Shown: positions 1 to 9,502, counted from the first letter of the stretch. The stretch: 64,000 bases of DNA from an uncultured Prevotella sp. (GCA_964420715.1 CAYQUN010000012.1:4418-68417), one strand, 5' to 3'. Notes: a model not told the origin generated them from the sequence alone. A program made the numbers and translations.

Positions 1-469
1 CCTTCCAATCGCAATCGATGCAGAACTGGACAGGATAATCGTCCCGGTTGAAATAGGCCCGGGTTGTCTCGGTGTCCGTATCATTAAAGAGCGGGTGATC
101 GACCGTGGCCTGCTTGAAGTAATAGGCAACCATGGCGCGGTTTTTCTTCTTGGTGTCATTCAACCGCTTGAAGTAGAGGTTGATGTAGTCGTTCATGGCC
201 AGGGCCTGCTCGTTGAGCATCTTGATCTTGGCGTTCACTTGGTCCAGATTGACATTGTCGCTAAGCAGCTCGGCGGGCTGAAGCACCTTTGAGCGCATAT
301 AGTTGAGCGCGTCATATTTGAACACGGCCGTCTTCCGTATGTTCAGGTCCTGCGTAGTGTCGTTCACTATGGAAAGACTTGTCTTCACGATTTCGTTGAG
401 CACGTCCTGGGCATCAACCGTAAGGCATGAAAGCAGGGCGGGAATGAGGAGAAATAGAATTTTTTTCAT
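1..469 (-). CDS. Secreted hypothetical protein (3' end runs off the window)
   Basis: Not in the ORF track. Manual translation from ATG at 469: MKKILFLLIPALLSCLTVDAQDVLNEIVK...YPVQFCIDCDWK, open to position 1, with a signal-peptide-like N-terminus. Confidence 0.8.
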   Translation of the reverse strand, partial: MKKILFLLIPALLSCLTVDAQDVLNEIVKTSLSIVNDTTQDLNIRKTAVFKYDALNYMRSKVLQPAELLSDNVNLDQVNAKIKMLNEQALAMNDYINLYFKRLNDTKKKNRAMVAYYFKQATVDHPLFNDTDTETTRAYFNRDDYPVQFCIDCDWK

Positions 470-510
470 GATTTTCTTGATGTTTCGTTTTTATAATGAT
501 AGGGTAGGGG

Positions 511-2019
511 CTATTCCTCGTGTCGTGGCAAGACAAGGCTGTGGTCGATGCACGAGGGGAGCTCTTCCTTATAATGCGTCACCATGATCAGCGTCTTGTT
601 CTTACGCCGGCAGAAAGCCTCGATAACGTCCTTCACCAGGCGCCGGTTGACGTTGTCGAGCCCATGGAGAGGTTCGTCGAGGATGAGCAGTTCGGGATCT
701 TTGACGAAGGCGCGGGCGAGGAGTACAAGGCGCTGCTCGCCGCTAGAGAGCTTCAAGAATGTGCGCTCTTCGAGTCCGCCCAGCCCAAAGATGTCCATCC
801 AGAAACGGCACTTGGCATAGTCGTCCGGCGTGGGCTTCACATAGAGCCCCACCGAGTCTTTCAACCCCGAGGCCACGATGCGTATGGCGGGAAGGTCGCG
901 CTGGTATGCGCGGTGCAACTCGGGTGACACATAGCCAATGTGCTTCTTGATGTCCCAGATGCTTTCGCCCGAGCCCCGGGGATTGCCAAACAAGGAGATG
1001 TCGCACGCGTAACTTTGCGGGTTGTCGGCACATACCAGGCTCAGCAGGGTGGACTTGCCCGACCCGTTTTGCCCGCCCAGGGCCCAGCGCTCTCCGTTGA
1101 GCACCGTCCAGTCGAGGTCTTTCAAGATGGTGCGCCGCCCATAGCGAATGCAGACCTTGTTCATCTTGACGACCTCGCGTACATGGTATTCGTCCTCCTT
1201 GTATGGCAAACGAGCGATTGCCTGCTCTTTGGCCTCGCTCAGCATCCGTGGTGGAGTGGGGGGACGGTGGTCAAGATAATCGCGTAACGTCACCTTGGCA
1301 TGCACGCGCATCCCGCTCACCTCCACCACGTGGGTGATGAAGTCGGGGATGTCGTCGCTTTTGCTGAGTACGAGGATGATCTGCAGGGAGCGTTCCCGGG
1401 ACAGGTCGCCCAGCAGATTGCGAAGCTGGCTACGTGTTTCGACGTCCAACCCGATAAAGGGGTTGTCCATGATCAGGATGCGCGGCTCGGAAAAGAGGGT
1501 GCAAGCCAGCTTGAACTTTCGCAACTCGCCGCTTGACAGCATGATGACGTACTTGTCAAGCAAGTGCTCCATGTTGAAGAGCGAATAAATGCGTTGTTGC
1601 AGCTGGCGCCTTCGGGGGGTGTCATCACCTGCCTGGAGGAAGGCCTCTTCAAGCATGTTTCCCGCTATCGGGGTCTCATGGTCTATTTCCGTCTGGTTCC
1701 AGCGTTGTTGCAAGTAGTAAGTCCGGTCGTTGTCTCCACCATAAGTATCACGAAAGGTGATGTACTTGATGTTGTCACTGGCCATGGGCTTCTTGCTCGG
1801 CGCGAAATCGTACTGCGGAGAGTCCAGCAACAGGGGATGCCGCCCCACGATAATGTCGACAAGCATAGACTTGCCCCCTCCATTGGGCCCCACGATGGCG
1901 ATATGTTCGTCGGCAGAAGCCTCAAAGTCGACGGGCTCTGCCATCCGCCAGGATGGCATACGAGGCACTCCATGTGTAATTTTAATGGTCTTCTGCATGT
2001 TTTTTTTATATTCCTTCAA
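511..2019 (-). CDS. modF: Twin-domain ABC ATPase, ModF-like
   Basis: Two Walker A motifs (GPNGGGKS, GQNGSGKS), two LSSGE signatures, Walker B LIMDNP and LILDEP; no transmembrane segments. Confidence 0.75.
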   Translation of the reverse strand: MKEYKKNMQKTIKITHGVPRMPSWRMAEPVDFEASADEHIAIVGPNGGGKSMLVDIIVGRHPLLLDSPQYDFAPSKKPMASDNIKYITFRDTYGGDNDRTYYLQQRWNQTEIDHETPIAGNMLEEAFLQAGDDTPRRRQLQQRIYSLFNMEHLLDKYVIMLSSGELRKFKLACTLFSEPRILIMDNPFIGLDVETRSQLRNLLGDLSRERSLQIILVLSKSDDIPDFITHVVEVSGMRVHAKVTLRDYLDHRPPTPPRMLSEAKEQAIARLPYKEDEYHVREVVKMNKVCIRYGRRTILKDLDWTVLNGERWALGGQNGSGKSTLLSLVCADNPQSYACDISLFGNPRGSGESIWDIKKHIGYVSPELHRAYQRDLPAIRIVASGLKDSVGLYVKPTPDDYAKCRFWMDIFGLGGLEERTFLKLSSGEQRLVLLARAFVKDPELLILDEPLHGLDNVNRRLVKDVIEAFCRRKNKTLIMVTHYKEELPSCIDHSLVLPRHEE

Positions 2020-2569
2020 TTCTCTTCTTGTTTTTTAAGGCGAAATCCTTCCAACTGCCATAATGGCGTGTCCCCACATCTGGAACACACGACTGCAGGA
2101 AATGGCAATAGGCGGCTCCGAGAGCGTCGGTGGCGTCCATGAAGTGGGGCATCTCTGCCGGGCTGATATTGAGCAGGCGCTGCAACATTCCCGCCACTTG
2201 CTCCTTGGAGGCCTGGCCCTGGCCGGTAATGGCCATCTTGATTTTCAATGGGGCATACTCGTGTATGGACACGCCGCGGTGTATCCCCGCCGCTATCGCT
2301 ACGCCCTGGGCACGCCCCAATTTGAGCATCGATTGGACGTTGCGCCCAAAGAAGGGAGCCTCTATGGCTAACTCTTCGGGACGGAACTCGTCTATGATGC
2401 CCGTGACCCGCTCGAAAATCCTACCTAGCCGGAAATAAGGGTCGCGCTCCTTGCGCATGTCTATCACACCCATGGCGACAAGTCGGGCCTTGTTGTCGGT
2501 CACCTTTAAAAGGCCGTAACCCATAACGTTGGTTCCCGGGTCTATTCCAAGGATGATCTTGTCTTGCAT
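2006..2569 (-). CDS. ruvC: Holliday junction resolvase RuvC
   Basis: ILGIDPG, LAIEAPF and DATDALGAA motifs. Start set at MQDKIILG (2569) rather than the ORF-track start. Confidence 0.95.
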   Translation of the reverse strand: MQDKIILGIDPGTNVMGYGLLKVTDNKARLVAMGVIDMRKERDPYFRLGRIFERVTGIIDEFRPEELAIEAPFFGRNVQSMLKLGRAQGVAIAAGIHRGVSIHEYAPLKIKMAITGQGQASKEQVAGMLQRLLNISPAEMPHFMDATDALGAAYCHFLQSCVPDVGTRHYGSWKDFALKNKKRIEGI

Positions 2570-2606
2570 AACCTTTCTCACCTTTATGCCCCCCCAAAAA
2601 ATGCCT

Positions 2607-3251
2607 TTATCTATCCATATAAGGATTGGTGGCCAGCTCGTAGCCAATCGTCGTAGACTCGCCATGCCCAGGCAGCACGCGAGTCTCGTCTGGAAGTTGG
2701 GCGAGGTGGCGCAGACTCTGGATCATCATAAAACGATTTCCACCTTGGAAGTCTGTGCGCCCAATGCTTCCCTTGAAAAGCGTATCGCCGGAGAATAGCA
2801 CGTGCTCGTCCTCGGAATAGAAGCACACTCCTCCCGCCGTGTGGCCGGGGGTGGCGATAATGTCAAGCTGATGGTGCCCGAACGACGGCTTCTCACCAGG
2901 CAGGAAGTAATGGTCCGCCGGTGGATATTTGCGGTCTATATCGATTCCAAACATTGCCGAGGCCTGTTCTTTCAATCGCTTCAAGGCGTCTCCATCTGCT
3001 TCGTCAATCTCGGGCTTAAGTCCGAAATTATGAAAGATGATATCATTGCCGAAATTATGATCTACATGCCCGTGTGTGACAAGTAAATGCCTGGGGCGTA
3101 ACTTGTTTGACTCTATATATTCAACTATCGCTTTGCTTTCCTCTTCGTAAAATGCGCCACAATCAATAATCGCACATTCTTGGGTTTCGTCGCTTATCAC
3201 GTAGCAATTCTCACCAAGCATATTGCATTGAAACCTTTGTATATTCAGCAT
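2607..3251 (-). CDS. MBL-fold metallo-hydrolase (glyoxalase II-like)
   Basis: THGHVDH, TPGHT, FSGDTLF and PGHG motifs. Start set at MLNIQRF. Confidence 0.9.
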   Translation of the reverse strand: MLNIQRFQCNMLGENCYVISDETQECAIIDCGAFYEEESKAIVEYIESNKLRPRHLLVTHGHVDHNFGNDIIFHNFGLKPEIDEADGDALKRLKEQASAMFGIDIDRKYPPADHYFLPGEKPSFGHHQLDIIATPGHTAGGVCFYSEDEHVLFSGDTLFKGSIGRTDFQGGNRFMMIQSLRHLAQLPDETRVLPGHGESTTIGYELATNPYMDR

Positions 3252-3264
3252 AGGGACATATTCT

Positions 3265-3912
3265 TTATTTATTACTTGTGTCAGGCCGAGCAGGAATGTA
3301 AACCAATTTCTTTCCTTGTGCGAACCATTCTTCGTCAAAGAATTGATTCAAGCTGATGACCTCGGCGATGTGTCTGAACGGCCGTAACTCGTCGGTCAAG
3401 TCTCCGCCTTTCAGACAGAGCCATCCATTAGGCAGGGCGTTATGGCTTTCTCCCCGCAAATTCTTTGCCGTCAGCCTCACCAAGTCGTCAAGGGGCATGA
3501 CGCCTCTGCTCACAACAAAATCATATTTACCATATTCAACCTCGGCCCGTCTCTGTACGGCCTCGATATTTTGGAGCCCGATCTCTCTTGCAACTGCTTC
3601 TGCAACCTTGATTTTTTTTGCAGTTCCATCGATAAGGCTGAACTGTGTGTCTGGGAACAAGATGGCCAGGGGTATGCCCGGGAAGCCGCCGCCGGTGCCT
3701 ATGTCAAGCACCGTTGTCCCGCCAACAAAGTTGATGACCTTCGCAATCGCCAGCGAATGTAGAACGTGACGTTCGTATAGATTGTCTATATCCTTGCGAC
3801 TGACAACATTAATTTTGGTATTCCAATCTCGGTAGAGGTCGTTGAGAGCCGCAATCTGTTCTCGTTGCCTTGGCGATAGCTTGGGGAAGTATTTTGTAAT
3901 TATCTCTATCAT
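3265..3912 (-). CDS. rsmG: 16S rRNA m7G527 methyltransferase RsmG (GidB)
   Basis: WNTKINVVSR, HVLHSL, LDIGTGGGFPGIPLAI and VVSRGV motifs. Confidence 0.95.
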   Translation of the reverse strand: MIEIITKYFPKLSPRQREQIAALNDLYRDWNTKINVVSRKDIDNLYERHVLHSLAIAKVINFVGGTTVLDIGTGGGFPGIPLAILFPDTQFSLIDGTAKKIKVAEAVAREIGLQNIEAVQRRAEVEYGKYDFVVSRGVMPLDDLVRLTAKNLRGESHNALPNGWLCLKGGDLTDELRPFRHIAEVISLNQFFDEEWFAQGKKLVYIPARPDTSNK

Positions 3913-4055
3913 GGGGTGCGAAGTTAGATCAATCTATAGGCCAAATCTCTATTTATCATAATACCCATTATCATTTTTCCGCTTGTATGGATTCCAGGTC
4001 CATACAAACCGATTAGATTTCCTAAGAATATATATGAGTTTCAAAAGGGAAGATT

Positions 4056-5558
4056 TCAAAGTTTAACCTTAACTTTTTTTCCTTTGCTTTCGTTACCAAC
4101 CCTGTCAAGTGCCGTCACAACGTACGTGCATTTTTCGGAAATCAGGGATTGCGCAGGCAACCGGAAAAATGTAGTTGGAGTAACCGTTTGTATTTTTGCA
4201 GGGTTATCCAAATTTATTTTTTCCCCTTGCTCGAACCGATACACGACATACCGAGAGACCGAGTCCAGCGAAGCTTTTGCCTTGGGCTCTGTCCAGAAAA
4301 GCATATGGCTGCCATCTGTCATATGTATGGCTTTCAATTTGCGAGGGGCGTTGGGCGCCTTGTTGTCCAAGAAAGGCATGAGCGGCGTTAATGCGGGATA
4401 ACGCCAATAATTGGTACGCAAGACCCCGCCATAATTTCCAATGTTGTCCACCACAGCCTTGGCATACCATAGAACGCTTCCGTTGGCATGGCTCATCTGC
4501 TCATGAAGCGCGTGCTTGGCAGGAAGCTGGTGGCTGTCGGGATTCTGGGGATCAGCATATTTTACCGTGCGTTCCACATCTTCTCCGATAAAGAGAGGCC
4601 GGTTGGTGGCGTGGGTGTCCCACCATTGAATCAATGTGGCATAATCGGCTGTCGGATGGCCTATTTGCCAATAGATTTGCGGTACGCAGTAATCAATCCA
4701 ACCTTGATTTACCCACAACAAGACATCCGCATATAAATCGTCGTAATTTTGCAAGCCACGTGTGTCGGAGCCGTCAGGATCATTGGCCTTGTTACGATAT
4801 ATGCCAAAAGGCGAGACGCCAAACTTTACCCATGGCTTGCGCTTATGAATCGTGGCAGACAACTGTTTTACAAAGGCGTTGACATTGTCGCGTCTCCAAT
4901 CAGGCACCGTGTTTGCAGCACCACGATAACGAACGAAAAGATCGGCATCAGGAATTGACGCCCCTGCAACGGGGTAAGGATAAAAATAATCATCCATATG
5001 GATACCATCGACATCATAACGCTTTACGATGTCGTCTACCACCTTGCAAATATAGTCCCTGTTTTCCGGCATTCCTGGATTCAAAATCAATTGTCCATCG
5101 TAGGCGAAGACAGCTTCAGGATGGCTTAATGCGATATGATTTGCTCCCAAGGTTGTTGTCGTCTTGGTCTTTGCCCGATAAGGGTTTATCCAGGCATGGA
5201 GTTCCATCCCACGCTTGTGGCATTCATCTATCATCCACTTCAAAGGATCCCAATATGGGTTGGGCGGCAATCCTTGCTGGCCCGTGAGGAAACGGCTCCA
5301 CGGCTCATAACGGCTGGGATAGAGGGCGTCGCATTCGGCCCTTACCTGAAAGATGATGGCGTTGACTCCATCTTTTTTCAATTCGTCTAACTGATAACCC
5401 AATGTTTGTTTCATTTTTTCCATGCCCAAACCTTGAAATTGTCCGTTGACGCATTGAATCCATGCTCCGCGAAACTCACGCTTGCGCTGGGCCGGGCTTG
5501 AGAGAGACATAGCCATAAGAAGGCATATAAGTAATGTTCTTAATAATATATTTTCCAT
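4056..5558 (-). CDS. GHL10 / YddW (DigH)-like glycoside hydrolase with a C-terminal FN3-like domain
   Basis: REFRGAWI, FQVR, ELHAWINPYR and DGIHMDDYFYPY motifs; signal peptide. Confidence 0.85.
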   Translation of the reverse strand: MENILLRTLLICLLMAMSLSSPAQRKREFRGAWIQCVNGQFQGLGMEKMKQTLGYQLDELKKDGVNAIIFQVRAECDALYPSRYEPWSRFLTGQQGLPPNPYWDPLKWMIDECHKRGMELHAWINPYRAKTKTTTTLGANHIALSHPEAVFAYDGQLILNPGMPENRDYICKVVDDIVKRYDVDGIHMDDYFYPYPVAGASIPDADLFVRYRGAANTVPDWRRDNVNAFVKQLSATIHKRKPWVKFGVSPFGIYRNKANDPDGSDTRGLQNYDDLYADVLLWVNQGWIDYCVPQIYWQIGHPTADYATLIQWWDTHATNRPLFIGEDVERTVKYADPQNPDSHQLPAKHALHEQMSHANGSVLWYAKAVVDNIGNYGGVLRTNYWRYPALTPLMPFLDNKAPNAPRKLKAIHMTDGSHMLFWTEPKAKASLDSVSRYVVYRFEQGEKINLDNPAKIQTVTPTTFFRLPAQSLISEKCTYVVTALDRVGNESKGKKVKVKL

Positions 5559-5578
5559 ATGGATTACTTAATTTGCAG

Positions 5579-5586
5579 CAAAGGTA
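5579..5586 (-). promoter_or_regulatory. Bacteroidota -7 promoter box for the GHL10 gene
   Basis: TACCTTTG on the minus strand about 20 nt upstream of the ATG at 5558. Confidence 0.65.
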
Positions 5587-5619
5587 AGCATTTTATTCTA
5601 TAAGACAAAGAGGCACAAC

Positions 5620-5656
5620 AAAAAAAATAGAACTTGTCTCACGACAAATTCTATTT
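5620..5656 (-). terminator. Intrinsic terminator of the candidate sRNA
   Basis: Minus strand AAATAGAATTTGTC-GTGA-GACAAGTTCTATTT followed by a T run. Confidence 0.75.
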
Positions 5657-5764
5657 CACTTACTAAAACTAAATTAACCACTAAAAAAACTAATTTTATC
5701 TAAAGTTATTGTCTTTAATCTTTATTCAATTGAGGGCTTTAAAAAAGTCCCCTCTTCTATTTTC
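5620..5764 (-). ncRNA. Candidate trans-acting small RNA (about 145 nt)
   Basis: Has its own promoter (5770-5800) and terminator (5620-5656), no ATG in the predicted transcript and a U-rich single-stranded middle. The downstream gene has a separate promoter. Confidence 0.5.
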
Positions 5765-5769
5765 CGGTG

Positions 5770-5800
5770 CAAAGTTAAACATCTTTTTCTTATTTTGCAA
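5770..5800 (-). promoter_or_regulatory. Bacteroidota promoter (-33 TTG / -7 TAACTTTG)
   Basis: Minus strand TTG-N20-TAACTTTG; no ORF between it and the terminator at 5620-5656. Confidence 0.7.
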
Positions 5801-5866
5801 GTTTATGCTTGGTTTTTTCTAAAGAACTTTTTAAAATCTTCATATCTATAGGGCCTGGAACACAAA

Positions 5867-7495
5867 TTAGAAGCGATAACCCAACGTGAACAGCAACTGG
5901 CTTCGGTCAAATTTAACTTTTGCAGGATACACTTCATTGTCAGAACTATTGGCGGCATCGCCAACAAGCGTGGTAGCAAAAGGATAGAAGTCGCCTCGTG
6001 TGGTGCTATACTGGTAAGCGAAGTCTATGTTCCAATGGCTTATCTGGTATCCCACGCCGAACGTAAATCGGTTGGTCGCCTTCCAGTTTGTGTAATCTGT
6101 GGAAGTGGAGTTGGCATTCCCGTCGGAAAACAGCAATGGGTCTCGTAGTCCGTCCTTTTTGAACATTGGGGAGAGATAATTATATCCTATACGCAATGCC
6201 AAGTCGGACAAAGGCTTGTATTCGATGCCCAGTTTAAGCGTACTCATCCCACGCAACGATTGTCTCGTGTTGTCATTCATCGTCCCATCACTTGAACTGT
6301 TCTCCCAATATTCATTGTAATCGTAATAACCATCTTTTATACGATTGTCTAAATGGCTATAGTCTGAATACTCGTATGTAGCCCCCAAAGCAAGGAAGTT
6401 GCCGATTGTGTTTCCCAAACTTAGCCCAAAGCGCCAAGGCGTATTTACGCGGAAAGAATTGCTCACCGAGTTGTATCGTTCGCCGTTCACCGGGCCCTGG
6501 TCCGTATTCGTATCTTCCAATCCGTCAAGATAGGCCACGGCGCTTCCATCCAAGTCCAAGTCATAGAATGTTGGTGTGTGCACATATACTCCAACTCGGA
6601 ACGGAGACGTTTCGAAAGGGCGGAAGATGGCACCAAGCTTAAAGTCGAATCCTTCGCCCGTAATGCGCAGACTCTCCTCACTTCCTGCAATACCACCATT
6701 GAGCAGATTTTCTCCATATTGGCTCCGTGAGCGGTAATGTACATCGCGGAAGCCCACGGTAAGTCCCAAATAGACACGGTCATTGATGTTCCCACTTACA
6801 TTTACATCATATTCGCCTATATATCCTTTCTGGTATTGCCCGAAGAGATAACTGTCAGCATTGAATGCCGCGTACCCTTTCTGAGAATCATATTCCAATA
6901 AATCCATATAAGAACGATCAAGCGGACTAATCAGATAGTCTCCCGCATGGTCGTAACCTTGTTGCTGCATGTCAAGCGCATAATTGTATCGATTCACCGT
7001 ATTCTTGTTTTGCGAGGCGGCATAGGTGTTCCCGTTGGCATCTTTGCGTAGCAAGAAGTTGGCCGAGGCGTTCAGCAATTCGTCAAAATTACGACTCTTA
7101 TGGTAATTGAACGAAAGGTTTAGGAAAGAATGGTTTCCCGTGCGGTTTGCCCACACAAATCCCACTTGGTCGAAACTCGCATTCGTCTTGTTGCCATCAA
7201 TGCGCAAACTTCCATTTTCATTGCTAAAATGATTCTTATTGTCATCACTTTGAGCTACAAGCCCTCCTGATATGGTGAACTGGCTGCTCCGGAAAAGACC
7301 AATGCCCGCTGGATTCGTGGAAATTGTGGAGATATCAGCTCCCAATGCTTCGAGTGCTCCCCCCATACCTACATATCGTGCCGTACCATTTAGTTCGTTA
7401 TCTGCCAATTTGGCTGACTGGTAAGTTTCCTGAGCCGAGACAGGTGATGTGACAAGGACCAAAGCCGTCATCCAAAGATATTTGAAACTATTCAT
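5867..7495 (-). CDS. Outer-membrane beta-barrel protein (FadL/OmpP1-like; 'hemin receptor'-type annotation)
   Basis: Signal peptide, N-terminal GTARYVGMGGA...NPAGIG motif, amphipathic strands, C-terminal LGYRF. Confidence 0.8.
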   Translation of the reverse strand: MNSFKYLWMTALVLVTSPVSAQETYQSAKLADNELNGTARYVGMGGALEALGADISTISTNPAGIGLFRSSQFTISGGLVAQSDDNKNHFSNENGSLRIDGNKTNASFDQVGFVWANRTGNHSFLNLSFNYHKSRNFDELLNASANFLLRKDANGNTYAASQNKNTVNRYNYALDMQQQGYDHAGDYLISPLDRSYMDLLEYDSQKGYAAFNADSYLFGQYQKGYIGEYDVNVSGNINDRVYLGLTVGFRDVHYRSRSQYGENLLNGGIAGSEESLRITGEGFDFKLGAIFRPFETSPFRVGVYVHTPTFYDLDLDGSAVAYLDGLEDTNTDQGPVNGERYNSVSNSFRVNTPWRFGLSLGNTIGNFLALGATYEYSDYSHLDNRIKDGYYDYNEYWENSSSDGTMNDNTRQSLRGMSTLKLGIEYKPLSDLALRIGYNYLSPMFKKDGLRDPLLFSDGNANSTSTDYTNWKATNRFTFGVGYQISHWNIDFAYQYSTTRGDFYPFATTLVGDAANSSDNEVYPAKVKFDRSQLLFTLGYRF

Positions 7496-7525
7496 GATGT
7501 CTTTTTTTTATATGAAAATCCATAT

Positions 7526-8491
7526 TTATCGATGCCCGCCAGAGGATACACGGCCTCCGCCACTAAAGCTTCCTCCGGAACGGCCACCTCCGGGAAATCC
7601 GCTTCCGAAAGAACGGTTTGGGCTCGAGGGAGCGCTATAGACGTTCTCGCGCGAAGTAAAGGGACGTGTCGTATTTCTATTGTCATATGTGTTGCCACGT
7701 CCGGTGAAAGAACCATTACGTCCGAGATAGGTACTGTTTCCACCCCGGTTATTCCCATAATTACGCCCATAAGCCGAACCGCCCATGGGACGGTTTCCGA
7801 AAGAGGTCCGAGGTATGGCTCCTTGCCGATAGCTTCTGATACCGTTGGGGCCATTCCACGCATATTGAGGGCGGCCGCTCCATCCCGGATAATCCCACCA
7901 TCCCCAATAATGATGTGGATAACCCGGACCTGGCCAGCCCCAGCCATAGTACCATGGATCATACCAAGAATAATACCATGGATCATACCATCCCATGCCA
8001 TAGTACCATGGGTCCCAAGGGTCGCACCACGCGCCATAGCGCCAGTACGGGCCATATCCCCAATAGGGGCCATACCCCCATCGGTAGCAATCATACCATG
8101 GGTCGTAAAATCCGTCCCAACGGCTCATCCTGCGCGTATAGTCAAAATCGTCGCCGTCGATGACATTTTCGTAATACTTGCCCAAGAATGTCGTATCAAT
8201 ATAAGTAGAATCAGGATACACCCCTACCCCCTTGCTCATCTTTATAATATCATTGCCTGTTGAGTCCGTGCCCAACACCTGATAATGGCTCCAAAAACGT
8301 CCATGGCGGTTATACTCGTCCACATCACGGTTGCTTCCCGAATAATAATCGGGCAGGGAGGCGTCTTGGTTCTGTGGCACCACCTTTTTTTCCTTGGCCT
8401 CCTTTTTGGGGATGAAATACATGTCGTCTTGGGCGCGCATCGCCATGGGGATGGTGCCAAACAACAAGGCCAATATAAACAACTTCTTCAT
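7526..8491 (-). CDS. Secreted low-complexity Tyr/Trp/Gly/Pro-rich protein with a Gly/Ser/Arg-rich tail
   Basis: Signal peptide then QDDMYFIPKK; WYDPWYY repeats; GGRSGGSFSGGGR tail; lies 30 nt upstream of the barrel gene on the same strand. Confidence 0.8.
   Translation of the reverse strand: MKKLFILALLFGTIPMAMRAQDDMYFIPKKEAKEKKVVPQNQDASLPDYYSGSNRDVDEYNRHGRFWSHYQVLGTDSTGNDIIKMSKGVGVYPDSTYIDTTFLGKYYENVIDGDDFDYTRRMSRWDGFYDPWYDCYRWGYGPYWGYGPYWRYGAWCDPWDPWYYGMGWYDPWYYSWYDPWYYGWGWPGPGYPHHYWGWWDYPGWSGRPQYAWNGPNGIRSYRQGAIPRTSFGNRPMGGSAYGRNYGNNRGGNSTYLGRNGSFTGRGNTYDNRNTTRPFTSRENVYSAPSSPNRSFGSGFPGGGRSGGSFSGGGRVSSGGHR
7944..8011. repeat. Coding tandem repeat (WYDPWYY units)
   Basis: taccatggatcatacca at 7950-7966 and 7974-7990; ccatagtaccatgg at 7944-7957 and 7998-8011. 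Confidence 0.8.
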
Positions 8492-8547
8492 GACAGAAAC
8501 CTATTAAGTTCTTTTTATCTGATGCAAAAATATTTATTTTCTTGATG

Positions 8548-8605
8548 CAAAGTTACGGAAAATCCCTAATCCATGATAGGTTTTTCCCTATTTTTTATAA
8601 ATTTG
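8548..8605. promoter_or_regulatory. Divergent -7 promoter boxes
   Basis: TAACTTTG on minus (8548-8555) and TAAATTTG on plus (8598-8605, before prmA). Confidence 0.65.
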
Positions 8606-8623
8606 CATCCAAATTAACATTCA

Positions 8624-9502
8624 ATGAAATATTTTGTAGCAAAATTTAAGGTGCAAGTAAAATCCGAGCTGATGCAACCCTGCCGCGAACTAATAGCCGA
8701 TGGGGCCGCCCAAACTGGATTTGAGGCATTTGAAGAAACTCCAGATGGCGTAAACGGCTATGTGCAAGACGGTCTTTTCGACAAGAAGGCGCTCGACGAA
8801 CTGATTCAGGACTTTCCTATTGGCGAGGCGCGTATTGACTACACATTGGAAAATGTAGACAACAAAGATTGGAACGAATCATGGGAATCCAGTGGGTTCT
8901 CCCCTATCATGATAGATAATAGCATATTGGTTTTCGATGCCCGGCATACCACGTCAAACAAGATTCTATCCACCCTACCCCACTCCGGCAATTTAATTCC
9001 CATCGGCATTGAGCCGCACCAAGCTTTCGGAACTGGAACCCACGAGACAACACAAATGATGATTTCCTCGTTGCTTTCCCTTCAACTGAAGGACCGTCAA
9101 GTGCTCGATTGTGGATGCGGAACGGGCATTCTCGGTATTACAGCTAAGAAATTGGGAGCCAGACGTGTCGTGGGCTATGACATTGACGAGTGGAGCGTGG
9201 AAAACACACGCCGCAATGCCCAGTTAAACGGGATAGACGATTTTGATGTTCTTCTTGGTAACATTCATGTTCTCACCCATATTCCAGGCGTGTTCGACGT
9301 GGTTCTAGCTAATATCAACCGGAACACCCTGCTCGCCGACATGCCATTGATGAGAAGTGTGATGAACAAATGTGGATGGTTGATTATCAGTGGCTTCTAT
9401 ACAAAAGACGTTGATATTCTAGAAGAGAAGGCAGGACGTTTGGGATTGCATCGCTCCGCATTGAGGACAAATGATTCATGGGCGTGCTTGACTTTGCACT
9501 AA
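8624..9502 (+). CDS. prmA: Ribosomal protein L11 methyltransferase
   Basis: AFGTGTHETT, VLDCGCGTGILGI and LANINRN motifs. Confidence 0.95.
   Translation: MKYFVAKFKVQVKSELMQPCRELIADGAAQTGFEAFEETPDGVNGYVQDGLFDKKALDELIQDFPIGEARIDYTLENVDNKDWNESWESSGFSPIMIDNSILVFDARHTTSNKILSTLPHSGNLIPIGIEPHQAFGTGTHETTQMMISSLLSLQLKDRQVLDCGCGTGILGITAKKLGARRVVGYDIDEWSVENTRRNAQLNGIDDFDVLLGNIHVLTHIPGVFDVVLANINRNTLLADMPLMRSVMNKCGWLIISGFYTKDVDILEEKAGRLGLHRSALRTNDSWACLTLH

Noticed and set aside
511-2019. Molybdate transport system
   Set aside because: No modA/modB/modC or permease nearby; only an orphan ModF-like ATPase is supported.
2607-3251. Possible metallo-beta-lactamase resistance gene
   Set aside because: No signal peptide, glyoxalase II-type motifs, and a housekeeping operon with rsmG and ruvC.
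3983-4007. 9-bp hairpin TTGTATGGA/TCCATACAA after the GHL10 gene as a terminator
   Set aside because: No T tract follows it on the coding (minus) strand, so terminator function is unsupported.
7492-8094. 200-aa alternative-frame ORF inside the low-complexity gene, ending in an ATGA overlap with the barrel gene
   Set aside because: A Tyr/Trp/Gly/Pro/Asp-rich frame has few Leu/Ile/Val/Met codons, which are what create stops in the shifted frame, so a long open frame is expected. The main frame has a proper signal peptide.
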